Below are positions 40,317-48,902 of a stretch of DNA of 64,000 nt, in pieces (the first letter of the stretch is position 1; each line of letters starts with the position of its first letter). The notes beneath the pieces are model-generated. The model was not told where the DNA came from. It searched no databases and was given only the letters and a program-made list of their open reading frames with translations. Both the position numbers and the translations under genes were made by a program. The stretch comes from an uncultured Acidobacteriota bacterium (GTDB lineage: Bacteria > Acidobacteriota > Thermoanaerobaculia > Gp7-AA8): assembly GCA_963741955.1 (NCBI GenBank), contig CAVUKB010000005.1, positions 388,994-452,993 of the forward strand, read 5' to 3'.

Positions 40317-41624
40317 GTGACTTCCATTCCGCGGAATCCGCGTTCCCTCACCTGGCCGTGGATCCTCGCCGCGTTTCTCCTCCACGTTCTCCCGTTCGCC
40401 ATGCGCCCTGCGCTTCTCGGCGGAGACGAGCCGCACTACGCTCTGATGGCGCATTCGATCGCCGTCGATCACGATCTCGATCTGCGGAACGATTACGCGG
40501 CCGTCGACGCAGGGTCGAATGCAGCGGGACGGAAATTCGCCGGACGGACGCTCGACCCGCACCTGCGCCACTATGGCGACCGGATCGTCTTCTCCCACCC
40601 CCTCGGACTCCCCGCACTCGTCTCTCCGGCGGTCTGGCTTCTCGACCGACTTGCACCCGGCGCGGCTCCCGATCTCCTCCTGGGCGGAATCACCCTCGCC
40701 CTCACCTTCGCCGCATTCCTCGGCGGGTGGTGGCTTCTTCTTCAGGTTCTCGACGATCGGCGCGCAGCGACCCTGGTCGCGTTCGCCATCTACTTCTCGA
40801 CCCCGCTCTGGTTCTACAGCCGCACGTTCTTCACCGAGCCGTACACCTGGGCCTTCGCGGTCCTCGCCGTCGTGGCGCTCGCACGCGATCGCTGGATCAC
40901 TGCTTCAATTCTTCTTGCGCTCGTCTTTCTGGTGAAAGAGACGGGAATCCTCATCGTTCTCCCGATCCTCGTCTTCACTGCGTACCATCGGGGAGTGCGG
41001 CGCGCGGCAGAGCTCTCGATCGGACCGGCCGTCGCCGTTGCGATCTTCGCCACCAAAAACCTCCTCGTCTACGGATCTCCCCTCGTCACGTTTCAACCGT
41101 TCGAGCCCGGCAACCCTCTGCGAGGCCTTCTCGGCGAGACGTTCGACCTGCGTCATGGAATTCTCCCTTTCGCGCCGCTTCTGCTCATCGCAGCGGCCGG
41201 CTGGTTCATGAACGGTCGCCGCGAGGAGATCTCCCGCTATCTACCGTTCGCGGCGTCAGTCGCTCTCTCGTACTTCGTGCTGATCTCGATCTGGACCGAC
41301 TGGGGTGGTGGGTCGTGCTACGGACCCCGTCTCTTCGTTCCGGCGATACCCGCGTTCTCGATCTCGCTCGCGTGCGTCGAGCGTCCGGGACGGCGGCGTA
41401 CGGTCGCGCGACTCCTCCTCGACGCGGCGATCGTCGCCGGCTTCGCAATCCAGTGCGCCGCCGCGACGAATCCCTTTGCCGCGTTCTGGTCGGCTTCAGT
41501 GATCGAGATCGTGTACGGAAACCCGGCCGGGGCGATCGCGGGAGCCGTCGTTGCAGCGGCCGGACTCCACTTGCTCGAGCGGCGGGAGCCGGCACCGCCC
41601 CGGATCGTTCCGGAGAGCGACTGA
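40317..41624 (+). CDS. GT-C fold membrane glycosyltransferase (GT39/GT83-like, ArnT/PMT-type), ~11 TM
   Basis: GTG start. First-loop DE motif (LLGGDEPHYALMAH). Polytopic hydrophobic profile. Confidence 0.6.
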   Translation: MTSIPRNPRSLTWPWILAAFLLHVLPFAMRPALLGGDEPHYALMAHSIAVDHDLDLRNDYAAVDAGSNAAGRKFAGRTLDPHLRHYGDRIVFSHPLGLPALVSPAVWLLDRLAPGAAPDLLLGGITLALTFAAFLGGWWLLLQVLDDRRAATLVAFAIYFSTPLWFYSRTFFTEPYTWAFAVLAVVALARDRWITASILLALVFLVKETGILIVLPILVFTAYHRGVRRAAELSIGPAVAVAIFATKNLLVYGSPLVTFQPFEPGNPLRGLLGETFDLRHGILPFAPLLLIAAAGWFMNGRREEISRYLPFAASVALSYFVLISIWTDWGGGSCYGPRLFVPAIPAFSISLACVERPGRRRTVARLLLDAAIVAGFAIQCAAATNPFAAFWSASVIEIVYGNPAGAIAGAVVAAAGLHLLERREPAPPRIVPESD

Positions 41625-41757
41625 CGCCCGCTTCGCTGTTCGCGAAAGAGGCTCCACCGGTTCTCCCCGACCTCGGCTCCGATCCGTCTCTCCGCGTTTC
41701 AATCCGCACCGCCGGCACCCGGCGCTTCTGGCCCGAACCTTGCCCTTCCGCACCCCG

Positions 41758-42198
41758 ATGACTGGCTCGCTGTTCTGGTTCGCAAGCCTCGGCGCGGCGT
41801 ACCTCCTCTTCTCCGGTCACGCCACCGTCGCGCAGGGAATCGCCGCCGCGATTGTCGGGGCTGCGGGTTCCGCTGTGGCCGCATGGCTCCGTCGTACTGG
41901 CGGACTCGAGTTCGCGGCGCCCGGCGGAGCGACCCTTGCGCGACTGGCCGCGATCCCCGCGAAGATTCCGTTGCAGGCCGCCCGGCTGGCGGGACTTCTC
42001 CTGCATCGGATGCTGATCCGCAAACAACTGCAGGGAGCACACGATCGCGTGCCCCTTCACAGCCAGGGCGACGCCGGACAGCGTGCGACGGAACGGGCGG
42101 TGATGATGCTCGAGCTTTCCGCCACTCCCGAGACGTTCGTCGTCGGAACGGAACGGGATGCGTTGCTCATTCACCGTCTCGACGGAGGCTCATCGTGA
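41758..42198 (+). CDS. mrpE: Mrp/Mnh antiporter subunit E
   Basis: 146 aa, ...LELSATPETFVVG..., the MnhE signature. Confidence 0.7.
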   Translation: MTGSLFWFASLGAAYLLFSGHATVAQGIAAAIVGAAGSAVAAWLRRTGGLEFAAPGGATLARLAAIPAKIPLQAARLAGLLLHRMLIRKQLQGAHDRVPLHSQGDAGQRATERAVMMLELSATPETFVVGTERDALLIHRLDGGSS

Positions 42199-42458
42199 CC
42201 GGCTCTTCACTCTGGCTGATTCCCGCGAGCCTTCTCCTCCTCGCCTATCTCCCTGCACTCCGCGCAGTGACGAAAGGCGACACGAACATGCGTATCGTCG
42301 GACTCCTCTTCGCCACCGGCGTCACCACCACCGAGCTCTTTCTCCTGGTCGGCGCGCTCGGCCGCCTCACGTTCTCGGACATGATGATCGCTGCGGCACT
42401 GACCAGCTTCGCCGGCTCGATCTTCCTCATCCGGATGTACGCGAGGTGGATGTCGTGA
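42195..42458 (+). CDS. mrpF: Mrp/Mnh antiporter subunit F
   Basis: 87 aa, 3 TM. GTG start overlaps the mrpE stop. Confidence 0.65.
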   Translation: MTGSSLWLIPASLLLLAYLPALRAVTKGDTNMRIVGLLFATGVTTTELFLLVGALGRLTFSDMMIAAALTSFAGSIFLIRMYARWMS

Positions 42459-42745
42459 CGTCCACGATCATCACCGCCGTCCTCCTCGCGACGGCCGTCC
42501 TCCTGGAACTGGTCGGCGCCATCGGCCTTCTCTGGCTCCGCACCACCAAGGCAAAGCTCCACTACGCGAGCGGAACGACGTCGGCCGGAGTGATCCTCGT
42601 GGCGATCGCCCTCCTCGTCGCCAACGGTCTCTCCCCCGGCGGAGGAAAGGCGCTCCTGGCGGCGGTTCTCGTCGGGATTCTCGGTGGCGCAGTCACTCAC
42701 ACCATCGGTGCGGAAATCCATCGTGCCGGGAAGGAGCGCCGGTGA
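42455..42745 (+). CDS. mrpG: Mrp/Mnh antiporter subunit G
   Basis: 96 aa, 3 TM. GTG start overlaps the mrpF stop. Confidence 0.65.
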   Translation: MTSTIITAVLLATAVLLELVGAIGLLWLRTTKAKLHYASGTTSAGVILVAIALLVANGLSPGGGKALLAAVLVGILGGAVTHTIGAEIHRAGKERR

Positions 42746-42987
42746 TCTCCATCTTTCACGCGACCATCCTCGTTCTGATCGCCATCACCGGAACTGCGAC
42801 GGTGCTGGAGCATGATCCGAAGAAGCAGGTCCTGATCGCCAGCATCTTCGGACTGCAGCTCACGCTCTACTTCTTTTCCGTCAGCGCACCCGACGTCGCG
42901 CTCTCCGAGCTGGTGGTGGGGATGATCGCCCTCCCCGCCGTGACGCTGATCGCGATCGCGCGAATCGAAAGGGACCGGCAGAAGTGA
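42742..42987 (+). CDS. Small MnhB-related membrane protein (DUF4040/MbhD-like)
   Basis: 81 aa, 3 TM. Its position matches the Mbh/Mbx-type gene order. Confidence 0.55.
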   Translation: MISIFHATILVLIAITGTATVLEHDPKKQVLIASIFGLQLTLYFFSVSAPDVALSELVVGMIALPAVTLIAIARIERDRQK

Positions 42988-43808
42988 ACCGCACCCAGCG
43001 CACGATCATGTTTCTCTGCGGCGCAGCCGTGATGACCGTGCTGCTGGTCCTGGCGGTGCTGAGATTGCCGCCCGTGGGAGCGCGTCCGGACGAGCCCACC
43101 ACCAACCCGCCGCGCGACGAGATCCATCGTTCCGCAGAAACGACCCACCGGCGGACCTCGCCTCCGCTTCCCCATCATGGCTACGGCGACACTCTCACCC
43201 GTCTCGCGCTCGCCCGTCGCCACGTCACCAACGCCACGACCGCCGTCATCTTCGATTTCCGCGGCATCGACACTCTGGGCGAGGAGTTCGTTCTCTTCAC
43301 CGCCACCGCCGGCGTCGTCCTCCTCCTCCGCCGTGGTGAGAAGAGTCGCAGGAAGAGCCATGTCGCCGGACCCGTCGGAGCCGACGTCCGCCTCGGCGCG
43401 TATGGCGCGATCCCTCTCACCCTCGTCTTCGGCATCTATCTCGCGCTCAACGGTCACCTCGGGATGGGAGGCGGTTTTCAGGGAGGTGTGGTGCTCTTCG
43501 ACTGCTGGATGATCTATTACGTCGTGGCCGGCTCCGAGGCCTACCACCGCGCCGCGCGGGACGACGTCGCCGATCTCCTGGAAGGTGCCGCTGCAGCGGG
43601 ATTCGCTCTGGTCGGTCTCTCCGCGGTGGCCACCGGAGCCGCATTCCTCACCAACGTCCTTCCGTTCGGCAGGCTCGGCGATCTTCTCTCCGGAGGCACC
43701 ATTCCGGTGATCGACTCGCTCGTTGCGATCGAAGTCGCGGCGGCGCTGATCGTGATTTTCACTCAGTTCGTTCAGCAGCTCGAGCGACCGCAGAGGAGTG
43801 AGCGGTGA
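42984..43808 (+). CDS. mrpB: Mrp/Mnh antiporter subunit B
   Basis: MnhB domain motif NATTAVIFDFRGIDTLGEEFVLF. Confidence 0.7.
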   Translation: MNRTQRTIMFLCGAAVMTVLLVLAVLRLPPVGARPDEPTTNPPRDEIHRSAETTHRRTSPPLPHHGYGDTLTRLALARRHVTNATTAVIFDFRGIDTLGEEFVLFTATAGVVLLLRRGEKSRRKSHVAGPVGADVRLGAYGAIPLTLVFGIYLALNGHLGMGGGFQGGVVLFDCWMIYYVVAGSEAYHRAARDDVADLLEGAAAAGFALVGLSAVATGAAFLTNVLPFGRLGDLLSGGTIPVIDSLVAIEVAAALIVIFTQFVQQLERPQRSER

Positions 43809-44152
43809 TGTCGCTCCTGCCGTATCTCGTCACTCTATGGCTGCTGATGGCGGGTCTCTACGGCGTGATCCGCAGCCGAAACCTGGTGCAGATGACCATC
43901 TGCCTATGGGTGCTTCAGGCTTCGACGTACGTCCTCCTCCTTTCCATCGGATACGTCGCCGGAGCCGGCCCTCCGATTTTCGACCCGAGGCACATCGCAC
44001 TCCCTTCGGTCGATCCGGTGGTACAGGCGATGACACTGACCGACATCGTCATCGGCGCGACGCTCACCGCCCTTCTTCTCGCCATGGCGGTCGAGCTGGA
44101 GATCCAGGCGGGGAAGACGAGCTCCGAGAACTCTCGCCCCCTGAGGAGATAG
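43805..44152 (+). CDS. mrpC: Mrp/Mnh antiporter subunit C (NuoK-like)
   Basis: 115 aa, 3 TM, NuoK/MnhC-like. Confidence 0.7.
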   Translation: MMSLLPYLVTLWLLMAGLYGVIRSRNLVQMTICLWVLQASTYVLLLSIGYVAGAGPPIFDPRHIALPSVDPVVQAMTLTDIVIGATLTALLLAMAVELEIQAGKTSSENSRPLRR

Positions 44153-46180
44153 ATGGAGCACCTCGCCGCCTTCGCCTTCGCCGTTCCTCTCGTCGTGGCC
44201 GGCCTCCTCGTGGCCGGATCGAGCCGGATCCCGCGCGTGGTGGTCGATCTCGCGACCCTCGGGACTGCGATCTTTTCGACGACGTGCTGCATCATTCTCT
44301 TCGTCGCGTCGAGAGGTGCGCCGCTCGTCTACTGGTTCGGCGAATGGACTCCGCGAGGTCGCGCCGCGATCGGAATCGACTTCGTGGTCGACTCGCTCGG
44401 AGCCGGCGTCGCCTCGGTTGCCGGACTCCTGGTCGTCTTCGCACTGATCTACTCGATCCGTTACTTCGACGAGGTGAAGGCGCTCTTCCACGCGCTGATG
44501 CTGATCTTCCTCGCGTCGATGACCGCGTTCTCCTTCGCGGGCGATCTCTTCAACATCTTCGTCTTCTTCGAGCTTATGAGCATCTCCGCCTTCGCTCTCA
44601 CCGGCTACAAGATCGAAGAGGACTCGCTGGAGGGAGCATTCAACTTCGGGATCACCAACAGCATCGCGGGCTTTCTCCTCCTCACCTCGATCGGCTATCT
44701 CTATGCCCGGACCGGAAGTCTGAATCTCGCCGGGATGGGCGATCGCCTCTCGCTATCCCCTCACGATCCCCTCGTCGCGATGGCGTTCGTGTTCGGCATC
44801 ACCGCGCTCTTCATCAAGGGAGGCATCGTCCCGTTCCACTTCTGGGTCGCCGACGCTCACGCCGTCGCACCGATTCCGGTCTGCGTCGTTCTTTCCGGAA
44901 TCCTCGACCCTCTCTGGATCTACGGAGCGACGCAGTTCTACTGGACGCTCTTCAGTGGCCCTCTCGAGCCGTTGCAGCATCGCCTCCGAATCCTCTTCCT
45001 GATCCTCGGGCTTCTCACCGCCGTCGTCGGCGCTCTGATGTGCTCCACCCAACGTCATCTCAAACGGATGCTTGCATTCTCGTCGGTGAGTCACATGGGA
45101 ACCGTGCTGGCAGGATTCGCGTTCTTCGGCCCCGCCGCTCTCGCCGGCGCCTTGCTCTATCTCGCCGGACACGCGTTCATCAAAGGGAGCCTCTTCTTCG
45201 GAACCGGGAACCTGATGAACCGCTTCGGCTCGGTGGACGAGATCGACCTCTACGGGCGGGGAAAGGAGATGCGGGGGACAGGTCTTCTCTTTGCGATCGG
45301 CGGCCTCGCTCTGGGCGGACTTCCGCCGTTCGGAATCTGGTTCGCGGACACCATCGTCGATCACGAGATGACGCTACACGGCTTCTGGTGGAGTGGCGTC
45401 GTTCTCGTCGCGGCAACGGCGCTCACCGGGGCGACCGTTCTCCGCGCCGGGGGTCACGTCTTTCTCGGGGCAGGAACCATCGAAGATCTGCAGAAAAAGG
45501 CACCGACCGCCGACGAGAGAAAGGAGACGTCGGGATCGAGCGGGAGAACGCCCCTGGTGATGATCCTCCCGGTGCTCCTGACTCTTCTCGCCGCACTTCT
45601 TCCGGCCACCATCCGGCCGGTACCGGCCGCGTTCCGTGAAGCCGCAGAGCACTTCGTCGATCGTTCCGAGTATGCGGCACTGGTCCTGGACGGACGAGTC
45701 CCCCCTCCTGCCGTCGAAGCGCAGCCACGAGGCGCAACGCAGATCGGCGATGCGGCGCTGCGCGGCCTTCTGGCGACAGGGCTGATGCTCGTGATGGCGA
45801 CCTGGATGCTCCTCCGCGCTCCGGCCGTTCGCCGGCCGCGCTCGCGCAATACCGCGGGCATCATCGTCCGGCCTCTGCGCAAATCGCTCGAGCTCCTCGG
45901 CCGTCTTCACAGCGGAAAGGTCGCCGACTACGTCGCCTGGATCGTGGTCGGAGTCGCGGTTCTCGGTCTCGTCCTGATCTTCCCGCCATGCGCCGCGTCC
46001 AGCCCGCGAGGTCCGAGAGGTTCAGACCTCGAAGGGCCGAGCGTGTCGTGCGTAGCGCCGGTATCGAGGCCCGGTCTTTCAATTCGCGCAAATGAAATCC
46101 TGATCACCCGCAGTACGTCCGTCCATCCGATATCGTCGCGACGGAGACACCCGCCCGTCCACAGCAAATCGCGCAAATGA
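44153..46180 (+). CDS. mrpD: Mrp antiporter subunit D/A-like (NuoL/NuoN/MrpD family proton-pumping subunit)
   Basis: Conserved NuoN/MrpD core (GGIVPFHFWVADAH, FSSVSHMG). The last ~40 codons run into the 267-bp repeat array. Confidence 0.75.
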   Translation: MEHLAAFAFAVPLVVAGLLVAGSSRIPRVVVDLATLGTAIFSTTCCIILFVASRGAPLVYWFGEWTPRGRAAIGIDFVVDSLGAGVASVAGLLVVFALIYSIRYFDEVKALFHALMLIFLASMTAFSFAGDLFNIFVFFELMSISAFALTGYKIEEDSLEGAFNFGITNSIAGFLLLTSIGYLYARTGSLNLAGMGDRLSLSPHDPLVAMAFVFGITALFIKGGIVPFHFWVADAHAVAPIPVCVVLSGILDPLWIYGATQFYWTLFSGPLEPLQHRLRILFLILGLLTAVVGALMCSTQRHLKRMLAFSSVSHMGTVLAGFAFFGPAALAGALLYLAGHAFIKGSLFFGTGNLMNRFGSVDEIDLYGRGKEMRGTGLLFAIGGLALGGLPPFGIWFADTIVDHEMTLHGFWWSGVVLVAATALTGATVLRAGGHVFLGAGTIEDLQKKAPTADERKETSGSSGRTPLVMILPVLLTLLAALLPATIRPVPAAFREAAEHFVDRSEYAALVLDGRVPPPAVEAQPRGATQIGDAALRGLLATGLMLVMATWMLLRAPAVRRPRSRNTAGIIVRPLRKSLELLGRLHSGKVADYVAWIVVGVAVLGLVLIFPPCAASSPRGPRGSDLEGPSVSCVAPVSRPGLSIRANEILITRSTSVHPISSRRRHPPVHSKSRK

Positions 46181-47078
46181 AATCGCGTTCGCGCGCGGTC
46201 CGTCTCTCCACCACGAATCGTCCGCCGCGCAGGCTCTCGTCCATCCATGGCAAATCCGTCCCCCGCGCCTGACGGCGGGGCCTAACGAGATGAGGCCCTT
46301 CGCACTGTCCCGCCCCATGATCCCGAGAGCCGGTACTCCCGGTCTTTCAATTCGCGCAAATGAAATCCTGATCACGCGCAGTACGTCCGTCCATCCGATA
46401 TCGCCGCGACGGAGACACCCGCCCGTCCACAGCAATTCGCGCAAATGAAATCGCGTTCGCGTCGGGCCATCTCTCCACCACGAATCGTCCGCCGCGCAGG
46501 CTCTCGTCCATCCATGGCAAATCCGTCCCCCGCGCCTGACGGCGGGGCCTAACGAGATGAGGCCCTTCGCACTGTCCCGCCCCATGATCCCGAGAGCCCG
46601 TACTCCCGGTCTTTCAAATCGCGCAAATGAAATCCTGATCACCCGCAGTACGTCCGTCCATCCGATATCGCCGCGACGGAGACACCCGCCCGTCCTCAGC
46701 AATTCGCGCAAATGAAATCGCGTTCGCGCGCGGTCCGTCTCTCCACCACGAATCGTCCGCCGCGCAGACTCTCGTCCATCCATGGCAAATCGGTCCCCCG
46801 CGCCTGACGGCGGGGCCTAACGAGATGAGGCCCTTCGCACTGTCCCGCCCCATGATCCCGAGAGCCCGTACTCCCGGTCTTTCAAATCGCGCAAATGCAA
46901 TCCTGATCACGCGCAGTAAGTCCGTCCATCCGATATCGCCGCGACGGAGACACCCTCCCGTCCACAGCAATTCGCGCAAATGAAATCGCGTTCGCGCGCG
47001 GTCCATCTCTCCACCACGAATCGTCCGCCGCGCAGGCTCTCGTCCATCCATGGCAAATCCGTCCCCCCGCGCCTGACG
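46055..47078. repeat. About 3.8 tandem copies of a ~267-bp unit (unit starts 46071, 46339, 46606, 46874). Each unit has two copies of the AT-rich 16-mer tcgcgcaaatgaaatc.
   Basis: Seen directly. Copies are over 95% identical. Intergenic between mrpD and the DUF4388 gene. Confidence 0.9.
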
Positions 47079-47173
47079 GAACGATCGCTCATTCGGGTGA
47101 CGACAAAACGGCCCATCGGGTTCATAGTGGAAAGATCGAATCTGCGGCAACGCACGACTCTCGAGGTGATCTC

Positions 47174-47704
47174 ATGCCCATACGTGGAGATCTGAAGAGC
47201 ATGCACGTAGGCGAACTGCTCGTGTGGATCGGACAGTTTCACAAGAGCGGCATGCTCGAGCTCCGCACCGCTGAGGGAGTGCACTCACTGGCCTTCGAAC
47301 AGGGAAACCTGATCTTCTCCGCCTCGCCAACCGAGGAAGGAACTCTCGGCCGGCTCCTGATCGAGCGGGGCGCGGTGAGCGAAGAGGAATACCAGAACGC
47401 GAGGGACGAGAGAGAGAGGCGATCCGTCGCCGTCGCGAAGATCCTTCGCGATCTCCAGCTCCTTTCGGAGGAAGATGCGATTCGATTCCTGAGGAAGAAG
47501 GCAGAGAAGGAGCTCTTCACTCTGCTCCAATGCACCGACGGCGAGTTCTGCTTCGACGAGTCGATCATGCCGCAGCTCGATCTGCTTCCTCTCAGGCTGG
47601 ACCTCGACGGCGTGCTTCTCCGGGTCACGCAACACATCGATGAAAAAGGTGAGTATGATTTCGACTCGTCCGGGATCCACGTACGGCTCCCGAAAGAGAG
47701 GTAA
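47174..47704 (+). CDS. DUF4388 domain protein
   Basis: MPIRGDLKSMHVGELLVWIGQFHKSGMLELRTAEGVHSLAFEQGNLIFS... matches the DUF4388 N-terminal pattern. Confidence 0.6.
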   Translation: MPIRGDLKSMHVGELLVWIGQFHKSGMLELRTAEGVHSLAFEQGNLIFSASPTEEGTLGRLLIERGAVSEEEYQNARDERERRSVAVAKILRDLQLLSEEDAIRFLRKKAEKELFTLLQCTDGEFCFDESIMPQLDLLPLRLDLDGVLLRVTQHIDEKGEYDFDSSGIHVRLPKER

Positions 47705-47709
47705 GCGTC

Positions 47710-48261
47710 ATGCACGGTCAGGACACGGTCCGCTCACTCAGCCACCGGTTCGTACGGTCGTGGAAAGGCCGAAGCGCGCTGTTCATCGCCGTGATCGGCG
47801 GTCTCTTGCTGACCTCGTGCGCCTCGACCGGCCGCCCCGGCACCGGCGACCTCTCGTTCCGGATCACGTGGACCGGCCGCGCCGATGTCGACCTCTACGT
47901 CGAGAGCCCTCTCCGCGAGCCGGTGAACTACGTCCAGAACCGCGCCGCCTCCGGCGGATGGCTGGACATCGACTGCAACGTCCACGGCGTCAGCATGTGC
48001 GGAACACCGATGGAGAACGTCTTCTGGCCGCGCGGCCGCGCACCGAAGGGGACATATCGATTCTGGGTTCAGCTTTCGAATCCTGAAGGACTGACCCCCG
48101 ACGATCGTTACACTCTCGAAGTCCGGCGGGGAGAGCGGGTGGTCTGGTCGACTCAGGGCCAGGTTGTGGATCTCCCGGCCCACGTGCCGAATTTCGAAGT
48201 GGAGTTCCCCTCCTTCACCGTCCAGCCAATCGAACCCGAACGTTCCTATCAGACGAACTGA
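47710..48261 (+). CDS. Hypothetical lipoprotein
   Basis: Signal peptide with a lipobox (LLLTSCAS). 5-nt gap from the DUF4388 gene. Confidence 0.55.
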   Translation: MHGQDTVRSLSHRFVRSWKGRSALFIAVIGGLLLTSCASTGRPGTGDLSFRITWTGRADVDLYVESPLREPVNYVQNRAASGGWLDIDCNVHGVSMCGTPMENVFWPRGRAPKGTYRFWVQLSNPEGLTPDDRYTLEVRRGERVVWSTQGQVVDLPAHVPNFEVEFPSFTVQPIEPERSYQTN

Positions 48262-48344
48262 AGCCGCTGCTCCGAAAATCTATCTTCACGGTCGAACGCC
48301 CTCGAACGCGGTATCTCCACGACTCGCGCCGGCCTGAAGAACGC

Positions 48345-48818
48345 TCAATGACAGTGTTGTGCGGAGAGGTGGCCGGATGCGGTTTCTCCCGAACCGCTGC
48401 GGCACGTGAACGCGACGTCGGCGTGCAGATCGTGGATCTCGTTGACCTCCCAACCTGTCCGGCCGAGCGACACCGCGAGCTCGGAACAGTCTGACGCGGT
48501 GAATACGACTCCAGGTTCTTCCGGCCGTCCCGCATCGAAAAGTCGCAGACGTGCCGCTCCCGATGGATCGAGAATGAACCGCGCAATCGTACCGTCCGCG
48601 TCGCCGAAATCGGCGCCGTAGAAAAACTCGTACTCTCCCGAGCGGCAGCTCACCGGCGCGAATTCCCGATCCCCCAGAGCCTTACCGTGCAGCGTCGCAG
48701 TGCCACTCACTTCCGGGTGCATGACGGCCGTCAATCCTCCCGTTCTGCATCCTCCGCCGAGGAGTGCGAGCGTGACCGCCAGCAGCAGAGCATTCGACCA
48801 TTGCGATCTCATCGTCAT
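48345..48818 (-). CDS. Hypothetical lipoprotein
   Basis: Lipobox LLGGGCRTGG. Four further Cys residues. Confidence 0.5.
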   Translation of the reverse strand: MTMRSQWSNALLLAVTLALLGGGCRTGGLTAVMHPEVSGTATLHGKALGDREFAPVSCRSGEYEFFYGADFGDADGTIARFILDPSGAARLRLFDAGRPEEPGVVFTASDCSELAVSLGRTGWEVNEIHDLHADVAFTCRSGSGETASGHLSAQHCH

Positions 48819-48902
48819 CGGACCGATTCACCCGAAATCCGGAAGATCTGCCGGATCAAGACGAGGAGCGCCGCACGGCAGGCGGCGTTCCTCACTCCAG
48901 GT

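Noticed and set aside
46055-47078. Possible CRISPR array or repeat-encoded protein (ORFs 46079..46783 and 46614..47150)
   Set aside because: The unit is about 267 bp with no unique spacers. The ORFs are merely translations of the repeat, Arg-rich with no start context, on the strand opposite the flanking genes.
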